A DNA stretch of 53,017 bases, filler included, from Bipalium vagum (lineage: Eukaryota), in NCBI GenBank assembly GCA_037834085.1. It is 3 parts of 3 records of this genome, joined end to end, with 100 filler letters (N's around TTAATTAATTAA, not from the genome) between each part and the next. Parts side by side here need not be neighbours in the genome. Positions count along the whole stretch, not along the records: positions 18,676 to 36,987 come from JBBMKC010033119.1; 2 more parts are not named here. The stretch is one strand, 5' to 3'. Below the pieces are notes generated by a model. That model was not told where the DNA came from and ran no database searches. It saw only the letters and a list, made by a program, of their open reading frames with translations. Positions within the stretch are counted from its first letter, which is position 1, and each line of letters begins with the position of its first letter. This document shows positions 25,253 through 36,180 of this stretch, in pieces. Position numbers and translations under genes: made by a program.

Positions 25253-28021
25253 AAATAATGTACTTATATAGATAATTTTTATAACAAATTTAGTAATTAA
25301 TTAGTAATTAATATTTCTTTTAAATAGTAATTTATAATTGTTTTCTGTACAATATTTGCTAATAATAGTTTTTTCATATAATCTATTTTTAGTAAGTTCT
25401 ACTTACTATATTATTTTTTACAATATATATATTTGTTTTAATGTATGTATTGAATACAAAATAATAACAACTATAATTATTATTGTTATTATTTATATTC
25501 CTTTTTATTTAATTTTTTTATTATATATATAACTCTTGGGAAAAATGCTTTCACATAAAGGAAAAACTAATTAAATAAAACATATTTTTTATTAATATAA
25601 CAATAATATATAATATAATTGTTATAATATAATATTTATATTTATATGATATTTTTTATATTTATATAATATAATATTTATAATATAATTGTCACAATAA
25701 GAATCACAAAAATGTTGAATAGTTATTTTTAATTCTTTCAAGTTTTTGGAAATCTCCACATTTGTATTAATTTTCATTTTAATTTTTCAATTTTCCGATT
25801 ACCGTGTACTTTATTAAATTTTTCTAAATCATTGAAAAAATTTTATGAATCATTTATAGAATAAGACCAACACTCAAAACAATAAAACCATCTTGGAGAA
25901 AAATAAAAAGAAAATTAATACATCTAAATTAATACATATCTAAATCGGATGATCAGGGAATAGTACACATAATCTTTAAAACAGCCTTTGAAAATAAATT
26001 AAAAATTAATCTTTAATAATAAAAAATTTTTTAAAATATTTATTTAAATTTTAAAAATATTATTTTAAGCTTACAATAATTTGAAAAACAGGTGATCTCG
26101 TAAAATCATATTAAATAACTTCATTAAGTATAATTAAGTCATAAACATCAAAGAAAACAAACATAGATATGACTTCAATGAAAAGAAGTATATTCCAAAT
26201 AATTCAAAAAATCAAAAAAAAATGTGTAAGTGAATTACCAATTCTAATTAATTTTAATACACAGAACTTTAATATTTTTCGTTTTTGCTTTTATTTAAAT
26301 AAGTTTCACAGATTCTTCTTTATTAATTTCCAGCATCTGTAGTCTCTTGAATTGTCCTTTGACTTGATATTTTGCTATAGGACTCTACACTATTCTTAAA
26401 GTAGATTGACTTCTTATAATTAAAGAATTTTTATTTTGATTTTGTTAAGTATCAATGAAAATTGTCATTTTGGTTTTTTATTAAATTGTGCTATTTTAAT
26501 TTCTTAAATAATTATTTAATATATAAATATATCTTATAGAAAGACTAATATTGGTCAGTTCACTACCATCAGCTGTGATCGGTGCAATTCATTATTACAT
26601 ATAATTGAGTCAGGGTACTGAGATACTATTTAAGCAAAAAACTTAACAGAACAATTTGTTGAATGTGTTAGGATTACAATATATGGACTGCTAATTTTTG
26701 TTTTTTCTACAATCTGCTTATCATTATCTTGCTGAGGAATGATTCTTTTTATTGTTAACTCATTACCACACACATTCTGTTACCGAACTAGTAATAATTA
26801 TTTAAGTCTTGTGACTTATCTTTCCTCCTTACTACTGGTTGGTGTTAACATTGAAAGAAAAATAATCAGTTCAACAATAAAAGTTTATTTAAAATTAAAC
26901 AATGATTTGCACAAAGTCAAATATGCCAACAAATATTAATTTCAGTCTCCTGATCAAAAATCAATTTATAATTCTCAATCCAGCAATAACTTAATTTATT
27001 CAAAAGTAAGAATACAATATTTTAGACCAGTAAACAAATATATAAATAATGAAAATGAATCGTTAAGTCAAATTTTAATATCACCAATTTTAACAAAAAT
27101 AACTTAATAAGTCGAAATGTAAATAAAGAAATAACAAAATGTTATGAGAATATTAATTTAAAAGAAGATGTAAATTGATCACAAAAAATAATAAAGTAAA
27201 GAATGGTTACAAATTTGTGAGAATTCAACCAACCCTTGGGTTGTCAGTTAGATTCATCTAAAGACGACCAAATTCTACAGGGTAGGTTGATTGTCCAGCA
27301 TCAAATGAGCTTGACATTTTATATAATTTGACATGAATAATAATTTTTAAAACTACCAGTAATTTATAGATATAAAACTCCACGAAATTTTCAATTAGAC
27401 TACTAAATAGATATAAAAGTTATTAAATATTCTCAATTTTAAATTGAAAATTAATAAAATTATAATATTGATAATAAAAATTTTCAGTCTTGATATATAC
27501 ATGGACATTTTTTATAAATTTTGAGGACTTCATAAATATATAAAATATATTTACATTGCAATCAGAATATTTCAAAAGTTTTGATAAAATGAAAAAATTA
27601 TTATTGAATTTTAATATTTTAACATTTATTTTAATTTAAAATTATGGCACTTAATTTTTGGCATTCGACTAAATTTCCCCCAACTAAATAGTTCATGCAA
27701 ATTATCTTATTTCAGTTTCTTACATATTAATTCATATTTCATTTGGATTTTAGAAAATTCTTTTAATATAACTTTTCCAATTTTTTCTATAAGTTTTGTG
27801 CCCAAAATAATTATTCATTTAAATATAAGCGATTTTATATTTCTAAAAGTCTGAAAATTCAGGATAAAAAGAAAATAAATGCTTTTATTCATAACAAATT
27901 TCATTAATGGGATTAGTTTATTTATAAATTATATTTTTTATAGATTATTTATTTAGTAAAAATTAATTTATAAAATAATAGTATTTAATAATAATAATAT
28001 AATATTATTACTAATAATAAT

Positions 28022-28024
<3 letters not shown>

Positions 28025-28063
<39 letters not shown>

Positions 28064-28073
28064 TAATAATAAT
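28025..28073. repeat. (AAT)n microsatellite
   Basis: Read directly from sequence. Confidence 0.95.
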
Positions 28074-29489
28074 TTATTTTAAATGATTCTAAAATATTTT
28101 AATTTTTTAAAATATAAACTTTTCATATATCATGATTTTTAATTTACAAAATTAAATATGATATTCTTAAATATGCAATTGTTAAAATGAAAATTATATC
28201 GGTTTTCCCTTTTAATTTTTTAATTTTACAATTCAAAGCAATTATTTAAATTCTAAAATTTAGTAAGTAACATCGTTGACAATTAGGAATTAAAATTCCA
28301 AGCCTTTAATCAAATCCATTGACGGAGAAGGAAAATTTATGTTAACAATTGTCAACAGTTTCCATTTATATCTTGAATTTATAAAGTGGCAAATAAGCAT
28401 GATATTTGACCATGTCTCTCTTCTCCTTATTGTGTTTATAGGTAAAAATTAATGTTTCATTTTTTACCTAAAGGATTCGAATTATGAGAAATTGTAATTT
28501 GACAAGAGGTTGAAATATAAAAATTATTATCAGCCTAAAATATTCCAGACTGATTTTTTTTGTTTTATATATAAATTTTCCGGTTGAAATAATACACAGA
28601 AATGTCCCTGGAAGTCGTATAGCAAATTTGTGGTGCAGTTAAAATTAACGGTTCTGTTCAAGGGAAATTGAAATTTTTGTGAAATACAAATTATGTAAAT
28701 ATCATATTCCAGAATAATTATTAAGTTTAATTACTAATTTAATTAAATTCATTTGTTTTAAATTTATAAAACCTTGAATTATTCAAAAGTTATTTGGTAA
28801 AAATTAATTATTAATATTAATAATTAAATTATTAATTATTAAATTAATTTTTAATTTAATATAAATAAAAATTTTAAAATTACTCGACTAAAATTCAGTG
28901 TATTTTTGACAAATTCAGCATTTGGAATATATATAATAGAATCAATATAAAGTAAATCTAATATTAATAAAAATTTTAATATATTATTGTAAGACTGTGA
29001 AAATTTTGCGGAAATGTAAATGTTTTTAACGGCATAAGTACAGAATAATAAAATTCAAACCGAAAAAAAAATTAAAATATTTTTGATTTTGATTTTTCTT
29101 TTTTCATTCTAATTGATAACATTATTCTAATCTGTAAATCAATAGTAAATAATCGATAATAAAATAATTGAAATTTAAAAATAAAAAAACTTAGACTAAT
29201 TATAAAATTAACTCAGTAATAAAAAGTAATGAAAATAATTATTTCATTATCTTTAAATTATTCTTAATATTTATAATTTTTTAAAAATTCATGTTTTATT
29301 TCCTAAATTAGGATAAATTGATGCAAACTGCAAACAAGTTTCCTTTGAAATTTCAAATAAAACTTTTGTGTTTGATAAAACTTTATAATTTGTAATTTCA
29401 AAGCTTGTAATATTAAAATCCTTCTTTGGATGGCCTGTTAGGGCTGCAATTTGTTTTGTGCAATAATGATTATAAAAATAATTTTATTT

Positions 29490-29760
29490 TTTATCAAAAA
29501 ACCGTTTCTACTTTGTTTGATGTGGATCTGGTAAAACTCATGCTTCTTCAAACCGTTTCTTTTGTTCGAACCGTTCTTCATCATCAACACTAAAATCCTC
29601 GATCTGAAATGTACAAACCATTTACCAGTAGCTAAAGATAAACATAGTTGCCATAACCCTGAATAAATATTCTGATTTTTGGCAACTGATTTTTGCGTAT
29701 TGTATTAAGACAGTTTTATTTGGTACATATTCCGTCATATTTATGTGAAATAAATATATT
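29490..29760 (-). mobile_element. Mariner 5' fragment (Mos1-like N-terminus)
   Basis: Minus-strand FQIEDFSVDDEERFEQKKRFEEA...DPHQT resembles Mos1 FKSGDFDVDDKEHGKPPKRYEDAEL...DAQTQ. Confidence 0.6.
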
Positions 29761-29799
29761 TTTGTTTAAATAAGAAATTTTTGCTGAGTAATTTTTAAA

Positions 29800-30240
29800 A
29801 ATATTCAAACTATGTAGAATCAAGTTTTGCTGTCGTATAACCCTGTATGATTGTAACCGCGCTTGGCAAACAGATTTGCAAATTGATCTGTCCATGCGCT
29901 CGGTATGGAAGGAATGTCGCCCTCGACCCTTTTGGCGCTTAATGCAACCAGTTTCTTGCCATATGGTTTTGTGGTTTCTGTGCAGTCTCCGTGCAACCTC
30001 ACGTTGGAATAATCCAGCTTCAAGCATTCCAACAAGCCTTCCTTTTTCAAAATCATCAAGCTCATGATAAGTAACATTATCAGTCATTTTATTCTAAAAT
30101 AAAACTAATGCTAAAACTGATAATAAAATCGAAAATAAATAAATATATAATTGATTTATCATTTATATATACTACAAATATCTTGATTAAAAATTATTCA
30201 TTATAACTTTAATTTTTTTAATAATTTTGGTGCACAGTAT
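29800..30240 (-). mobile_element. Tc1-family 5' fragment (TIR plus paired-like HTH)
   Basis: ORF 29716-30087 reads ELDDFEKGRLVGMLEAGLFQREVARRL...WQETG...GRGR...TERMDRSI. A TIR-like (c/t)actgtgcaccaaaattat lies at about 30221-30240. The DDE domain is absent. Confidence 0.8.
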
Positions 30241-30265
30241 GCATAAAATAGATTACTTCATCATA

Positions 30266-30865
30266 ATGGGATACCTCTTTATAATGAATAAATTTGGATG
30301 AAATGTATTTGTAAATGTATTTGTTGATGAAAACTAGGCTATTCCTTTGTTATAAGGAATCCCTGTTAAAAAGGACACATTTTCCATTTTATTTTTTTCT
30401 AATTTTGAATTTTGATATTTTTATGATATTTTAAATTTATTTTGTAAACATTTATTTCTGAAAAGTTTTTTTATAATATTGTTTTATTTATGTTGATTTT
30501 TTAATGATTAAACGAAAAGAGAAAAAGGAAATTTTTCTTTATCTCCTAGATTTGAAGAATTGTAATTTTAAAGAAGGGTCTATACATTTTTCAAAAATCT
30601 TTAAGGAAATAATCAATTACACGAACCTCTAAAAAAATTTTAAATTGAGTAGATACGAGAAAGAAGAATAGATATATAATCTTGAAAATTAAAAAAATTA
30701 TTTTGTGTCATTACTTTTGGTTTTTATAACAAAAGTCCCGGAGCTTTATGAACCTATTGTGTATTGCATTTTTTTGTGTAATCATCTTCCCCCGTTAAAA
30801 GAACCCTCGTTATAAAGGATATATTTCGGTTTTCCCGATCTGTTCTTTATAATGAGGGGTGGTTG
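30266..30865. mobile_element. MITE with subterminal (ctc/gtt)ataa repeats, pogo/Tigger-like
   Basis: TA-flanked degenerate TIRs (cctctttataatgaa vs reverse complement cctcattataaagaa). Repeated gttataa(a)gga / c(c/t)gttaaaa motifs near both ends. Confidence 0.5.
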
Positions 30866-30998
30866 TAATATTTTTAAACAAGTAAAAAAATTTAATTAAT
30901 ACATAATTTGTAAAAAGGCTCACTTTTAACGCACACACCTAATAAAAAATCTTTCTGTTTTTAGTTTATAATAAAGAATAGTTTAACTGATATTTATA

Positions 30999-31790
30999 CA
31001 GGGTCTTCCAAAAGAAGCTTTACTACTTTTAACATATAAATACTAAGTAGTTTTTGTTTAAACATTATTAAACATTATTCTAGCTAAACATTTGAAAATT
31101 AAATATGGATCGTTATAATATGCAACAGCGGGCAGAAAATCAAAAATCAAAATATTTTATCAAAGCGGTAGTTCAGTTTCAGTAATCGTTAAAAAATTTA
31201 ATGCAAAATTTGTGAAAAACAAATGTCCATCAAAACCAACAATTTACAGTCTGGTTAATGCTTTTGGCTTGGTGGCAGATAGACCAAAATCTGGACGACC
31301 TTGATCTGCGCATATACCTGAAAATATTGCAAGTACACGAGAAACCATTGAAGACAATAAATGCACCTCAATCAGTCATAGAGCACAAGATTTAAACCTC
31401 TCAAAATCCAGTTTTTTGCGGATAATGCATGAAGATTTGCGTATAAAAGCCTATAAGCTTACCGTAGTTCAGAAGCTTAAAGAATCAGACCATCAAAGTA
31501 ACCTGAATTATTTTAATTGGTTGTTAGAAAGATCAATTGCGGATCCTCATTTTTGGTAAAAAATCATTGACTGATGAAAGTCATTTTCACTTGAGTGAAG
31601 GTGTTTTAATAAACAAAATTATCGAATTTGGGCAACAAAGCAACTTTGTGTTTTGAAGGAAGAAGCATTACATTCGCTAAACGTTACTGTATGATGTGGA
31701 ATATGGACAAGAGGTCCATACTTTTCGAAAATCCTGCAGTTACAGTAACAGGAGAGAGATATCAATTTTCTTTTGGAAGACCCTGTAATT
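30999..31790 (+). mobile_element. rosa/DD41D-like Tc1/mariner element, 3'-truncated
   Basis: Left end TA|cagggtcttcc. ATG at 31105: MDRYNMQQRAE...CPSKPTIYSLVNAF...DRPKSGRP*SAHIPENIA...TSISHRAQDLNLSKSSFLRIMHEDLRIKAYKL...TDESHFHL...NKQNYRIWA...LHSLNVTV*CGI...GPYFFENPAVTVTGERY. Stops and frameshifts present. Confidence 0.85.
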
Positions 31791-32204
31791 TCGTTTGGAA
31801 TACAATTTCGTACCGTTATGACATCTTTAATTATCGTAATTATTCTGAATGTCGACATTTTTTGTCATTTATATTTTAATGAAAATATTTATTTTTTTAT
31901 TGCACTTCTATTTTGCTGCATAATATTTATGCCTACTATTGTTTGTAGATATTTGTTTATCTCACTTTAGGTGATCTTCCAATGGGTATTCTTTTTATTT
32001 TATAAAACTATAGATTATATTGCTTTTAGTTTTACTTTTTACATTTTATCAAAATTAAATTCTTCTTTTAATTATTTATTGATTATTTCAAATTTTATTT
32101 TATGTTTTTTGTTATTTTATATATTATTTGATAGCTTTATGTATTATAAAATTTTATAATAAATTTCCAACTAAATTGAATGTCAAAATAAATTTCTCCA
32201 TAAT

Positions 32205-32942
32205 TTAAATCATACCCTTTTTTCTCATTTTTAACATGATAGATTCAATGTTAAGTAGTCTATTTTTTGTTTGACTTGAATTAGTCAATAGTTTGTTTAA
32301 ATTCTTAAAGTATTGTTTGTGGATTAATTTTAATTTTAACTCAAGAGTGGCTAAGTAATCATCTGTATCTATCATGTTTTCCAACATATTTTGAACTTTT
32401 GATTGTCTTAAGGAATTATAGTTTTCGGTGGTTTCTTTCATCATTTCTTTTATATCCTGAAACACTTTATATGGTGGAACATTTATGACCCGTGGATTTG
32501 ATTCCCATATATCAAGACGGTCATCAATGGCACATACCATTTTAGCAGATTCTCCAAATTGGTTTTTTACTGTTTGCAATTTATCTTTACCTTTTACAAT
32601 GGATTCTTTTGTAGTTATTCTATCTCCGAAAAACTTCTTTTCCGGATCAATTAATTTCATGGCATCTTCGATATATGATTTTGTACCCATCGACATTGCA
32701 TGCAATTCAAAATTTTTACAAATATTGGACAAAAATTTGCAAAGGTTTGGTCTCAATTTTATACAAAATCCTTCATACATATCATCGTTTTCCAGATCAA
32801 AAAAAGTTATATCAGATAGATTATCTGTAAAGATTTCTTCTTTAACAAAAGCAGTATTTAACAAAGTTTCATCAATATCACAAATTAAAATTAGTTTTTT
32901 TTGTTTTAACAAATTAATACAATAATCGATAGAAAACAACAT
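32205..32942 (-). CDS. FCP1/CTDP1-like RNA polymerase II CTD phosphatase paralog (HAD superfamily, NIF/FCPH domain only), 245 aa
   Basis: KKLILICDIDETLL (DxDxT motif I), IKLRP..FL...FELHAMSMG...Y....IDPEKKFFGDRI, MVCAIDDRLDIW (motif IV), and the FCP1-type helix DDYLATLELKLKLIHKQYF. ATG at 32942 with an in-frame stop just upstream. Confidence 0.87.
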   Translation of the reverse strand: MLFSIDYCINLLKQKKLILICDIDETLLNTAFVKEEIFTDNLSDITFFDLENDDMYEGFCIKLRPNLCKFLSNICKNFELHAMSMGTKSYIEDAMKLIDPEKKFFGDRITTKESIVKGKDKLQTVKNQFGESAKMVCAIDDRLDIWESNPRVINVPPYKVFQDIKEMMKETTENYNSLRQSKVQNMLENMIDTDDYLATLELKLKLIHKQYFKNLNKLLTNSSQTKNRLLNIESIMLKMRKKGMI

Positions 32943-33546
32943 TGATTTAATAAGCTTTTAATTTTTATAAATATTATTTGGTAAATGAAAATCAAATAAA
33001 AATTATTTTAAATTTAATTAAAAATTGTTGGTTAAAAAAAACATATTTTTAAAAAAATTAAATAATTATATAAGTAAATTTTAAGGTAAAACTAATAATC
33101 ATAATTATAATCAGAAGATATACAATCAGTATATGATCTAATAATTGTTCCATAAAATGATTATTATTTTTCAGTTTTTATATTAAATAATATATGAAAA
33201 TATTTAAGTTATAATGTAAATTTTACTTTCCTGTTCTAATTTTTAATTTAAGAAACGAATTAAAAAATTCTTTATCCATTTTCTGATTTTTGTGATATTT
33301 TTCAGTGACAGTTACTAAAAACCATAATTTATGATATAAATTAAAACAATAACAAATTATTTAAGTGCACTTCAATGTTCTCTTTAAATTTAATTTAATC
33401 AGAACTTTTAGAAAAAATTTGAAGAAAGGGGTCAATTATTTAATTTCTGTTTGATATTTTTTCAAATTAACAGCCAATAGAATTTGAGAAAAAAAATCAC
33501 TTTTAAGATATCAAAAATACTTTACTTATCATTCATATTTTATATT
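32943..33546. promoter_or_regulatory. Putative bidirectional promoter / 5' UTR region between the phosphatase and P2X
   Basis: 604 bp separate two divergent start codons, with no recognisable transposon remnant inside. Function inferred from geometry only. Confidence 0.4.
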
Positions 33547-34938
33547 ATGAATGTATTTAAAAATTTAGCAAATTGTTTACCTCCATTAATTTTTGAATAT
33601 GAAACATCGAAAGTAGTTCAGATCAGATCTTTGAAAATAGGAATTATATATCGATTGAGTCAAGTTGGCATCATTTTTTATATTGCCATATGGGTTATGT
33701 ATCATGATAAAGGATATCAAGTTTTTGACTACCCAGTTGCTGGTGTCACTGCTAAAGTAAAAGGAGTGTCGTTTAGAAATTTATCAAAAATCGGACCCCA
33801 TGTTTGGGATGTTGCAGATTTTATAATACCTCCACAACAGAATTCTGCGTTTTTTGTATCTACTAATATGATAATTACTCCTAACCAAACTCTTTCAATG
33901 TGTCCTGAATCAACAGATATCCCTGGATCGAACTGTACAACCGATTCAGACTGCTTGATGAGTGATCATATTCAAATTGGAAATGGTATAAGAACTGGAA
34001 AATGTGTGAATTCTGACAAGATAAATAATACTAAGGTCTGTGAAATATTTGGCTGGTGTCCAACAGAGAAAGATGAAATGCTTATTCCCGGAGAACCTTT
34101 GCTGAACAGTGCACCGAATTTTACAGTTTTACTAAAGAATAGTATAGAATTTCCAAAATTTAAAGTAAAACGGCGTAATATTTTGTCTTGGATGGATAAA
34201 GACTTTCTCGATTCTTGTCAATATGACCCAAGTCATCCTAAAAATAAGTTCTGTCCTATTTTTAAATTGAGAGATATTGTACATTTTTCGAATACAAAAA
34301 ATAAAAATATATGGACTCATGGAGCACTATTTTCTATTCATATTGATTGGAATTGCAATCTTGATTTAAACTATGAGAAATGTGTACCCGAATATACCTT
34401 TCGTCATTTGGATGATTTTGAATTCGACTTAGGAAAGGGTTGGAATTTTAGATATTCTCACCATTATGTAGAAAATAAGAAAGAGAAAAGAACCTTAATT
34501 AAGACATATGGCATACAATGTTTTATAACAGTTTCAGGTAGAGGAGGAAAGTTTAATCCTTTTACTTTTTCAATGAATTTAGGCTCTGGGTTAGCCCTGT
34601 TGGGTATTTCATCATTACTATGTGATTTAGTGGTCCTAAATCTTGTTCGGAAAAGAGACTTTTATAAAAAGGCTAAAACCGATAAATTTCAAAAGGAAAT
34701 GTATTATCATTCCAGTACCTACCACACTGATCAAAGTGTTGTGCACTTAAACAAAAATATTAATAAAACTGATTCATATTCAGAAAGAGAAATCCCTTCT
34801 TTGAACTTCAGTAAAGAATCTTTCAATTGTCCATTTCAAAATAATCAAAATAGAGTGATAAAGGAGAAAAGAATTAGCCGCTCTGTGGATTGCATCATAA
34901 ATAACAGACATTTTTCTTATTCCTCAGAGACATATTAG
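33547..34938 (+). CDS. P2RX: P2X purinoceptor (ATP-gated trimeric cation channel), 463 aa, single coding exon
   Basis: FEYETSK (YxTxK), TM1, KGYQ, TAKVKG, WDVADF, GNGIRTGKC, CEIFGWCP, NFTVLLKN, CPIF, WNCNLD, GWNFRY, RTLIKTYGI, GKF, TM2 GSGLALLG...CD and YKKAK. The 10 canonical ectodomain Cys and several NxS/T sites are present. The first ATG is 33547; the track's 33484 start is TTG. Confidence 0.97.
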   Translation: MNVFKNLANCLPPLIFEYETSKVVQIRSLKIGIIYRLSQVGIIFYIAIWVMYHDKGYQVFDYPVAGVTAKVKGVSFRNLSKIGPHVWDVADFIIPPQQNSAFFVSTNMIITPNQTLSMCPESTDIPGSNCTTDSDCLMSDHIQIGNGIRTGKCVNSDKINNTKVCEIFGWCPTEKDEMLIPGEPLLNSAPNFTVLLKNSIEFPKFKVKRRNILSWMDKDFLDSCQYDPSHPKNKFCPIFKLRDIVHFSNTKNKNIWTHGALFSIHIDWNCNLDLNYEKCVPEYTFRHLDDFEFDLGKGWNFRYSHHYVENKKEKRTLIKTYGIQCFITVSGRGGKFNPFTFSMNLGSGLALLGISSLLCDLVVLNLVRKRDFYKKAKTDKFQKEMYYHSSTYHTDQSVVHLNKNINKTDSYSEREIPSLNFSKESFNCPFQNNQNRVIKEKRISRSVDCIINNRHFSYSSETY

Positions 34939-35070
34939 GACGCATTGTGAACTTGCAATATTTTATTAATTTTATGAAGATTTGAAGCTTGTATTTGCAA
35001 AAATTTATGTATTTCACTTCAAACTTTAAATATTTAATAGAATAATTTTAGGAATTTTTTTTAATAATTA

Positions 35071-35076
35071 AATAAA
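35071..35076 (+). terminator. Candidate polyadenylation signal for P2X
   Basis: First AATAAA downstream of the stop (about 130 nt), followed by a T-rich tract. Weak evidence in AT-rich DNA. Confidence 0.35.
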
Positions 35077-35092
35077 AATCTTTTTGGTAATA

Positions 35093-35257
35093 CAATGAAA
35101 CCTGTCTATGTTGAGTACCACTGGGAGCGAACATTTTGCACAAAATATATAGGTGCCCAAATTATCGAGGGTTCATGAAAACAAGTCAATATTTAATTTT
35201 TTGTTTTTTAATAAAAGGATCAACCTAAGCAGGTGTCCAAGTTAACAGGTTTCACTT
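35093..35257. mobile_element. 165-bp MITE (pogo/Tigger-like termini)
   Basis: TA|caatgaaacctgtcta ... taacaggtttcactt|TA, with internal aggtg(c/t)ccaa repeats. Confidence 0.72.
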
Positions 35258-36180
35258 TAACTATTGAAAATATATGCACATAATACTTTTTTGAAATTTA
35301 AAATCGGTCTTTAATTTTAATATCATTTAGAACAGAAAATTATCAGACAATCTTTTACACTTAGATTTATTGAAAATTAAAATAATTAACAATTTTTTCT
35401 ACTATTACTCTTTTCTAAAATTACTCTTATAAATGTTCAATTAATTTTAAATTCCGAATGAAAGAGTTAATTTCCACTTTGATTAACTTGAAGACATTGG
35501 TTATCTTTTTAATTATAAAAATTATTTCAAAAAAATTTATTAAATTTTTAAATTGATCTTAAAGTTAAATCATAAAAACGTTACAAATGTTATTTATCAA
35601 AATAATATAATTTTGTCAATAAATAGATTTTGATGATTTCACCTTAACATGTTTTTAAATACTTTAGAAGTATTTTTTGATTTGTCTTCTTGGGAAAAAA
35701 TTATTTTGCTTATCTTTTTCCCATTTTGGAAGTTTGTGTCATCACTATTGATTCTTATTTAATTAAATTTCAAAATAAAACCTATGACAGTATCATATTC
35801 GCGTATGTATTTTTGCATGTATTTTTCTTGTTATCATTTTTTCTTAATTCACACACCACGTCAGGTGGTGAATTGAATTTCTTTTGAGGACTCCTGAGCC
35901 AAAGAGTGAAAAAAATTCTTTGTAATTAAGAAGTTTTAAATAAAATTGATTTTGAACTTAAATCTCAGTAACGATAAGGCAGATTTTCTTCAATAATAAA
36001 TATTTGGCTTGAAAATAATATTAATTGTTAAATTTAGGTAATTCAATACATATTTCATATTAATTTATGTTGATTAAGTTATTATTGATTTCATCAAACA
36101 CACCCTAAATTGCAATCTTCAAGACTTTAGGGTAATTTTCTTAATTTGACGATCATAATAATAAAATTTTTATTAAATCA

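Noticed and set aside
25338-25532. Short hydrophobic ORFs (also 31971-32159, 5721-5921, 4250-4474 and others)
   Set aside because: Ile/Phe/Leu/Tyr-rich translations are expected from low-complexity AT-rich DNA, and most have non-ATG starts.
28263-28473. Tiny-intron candidates (24 nt at 28263-28286, 32 nt at 28442-28473; also 30 nt at 21677-21706 on the minus strand)
   Set aside because: Splicing them does not yield stop-free exons, and GT..AG pairs are frequent in AT-rich DNA.
32485-32925. 146-aa plus-strand ORF
   Set aside because: Antisense shadow of the phosphatase CDS with no recognisable motifs.
33484-33546. 21-aa N-terminal extension of P2X in the ORF track
   Set aside because: It starts at TTG. 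The ATG at 33547 gives a normal-length P2X N-terminus.
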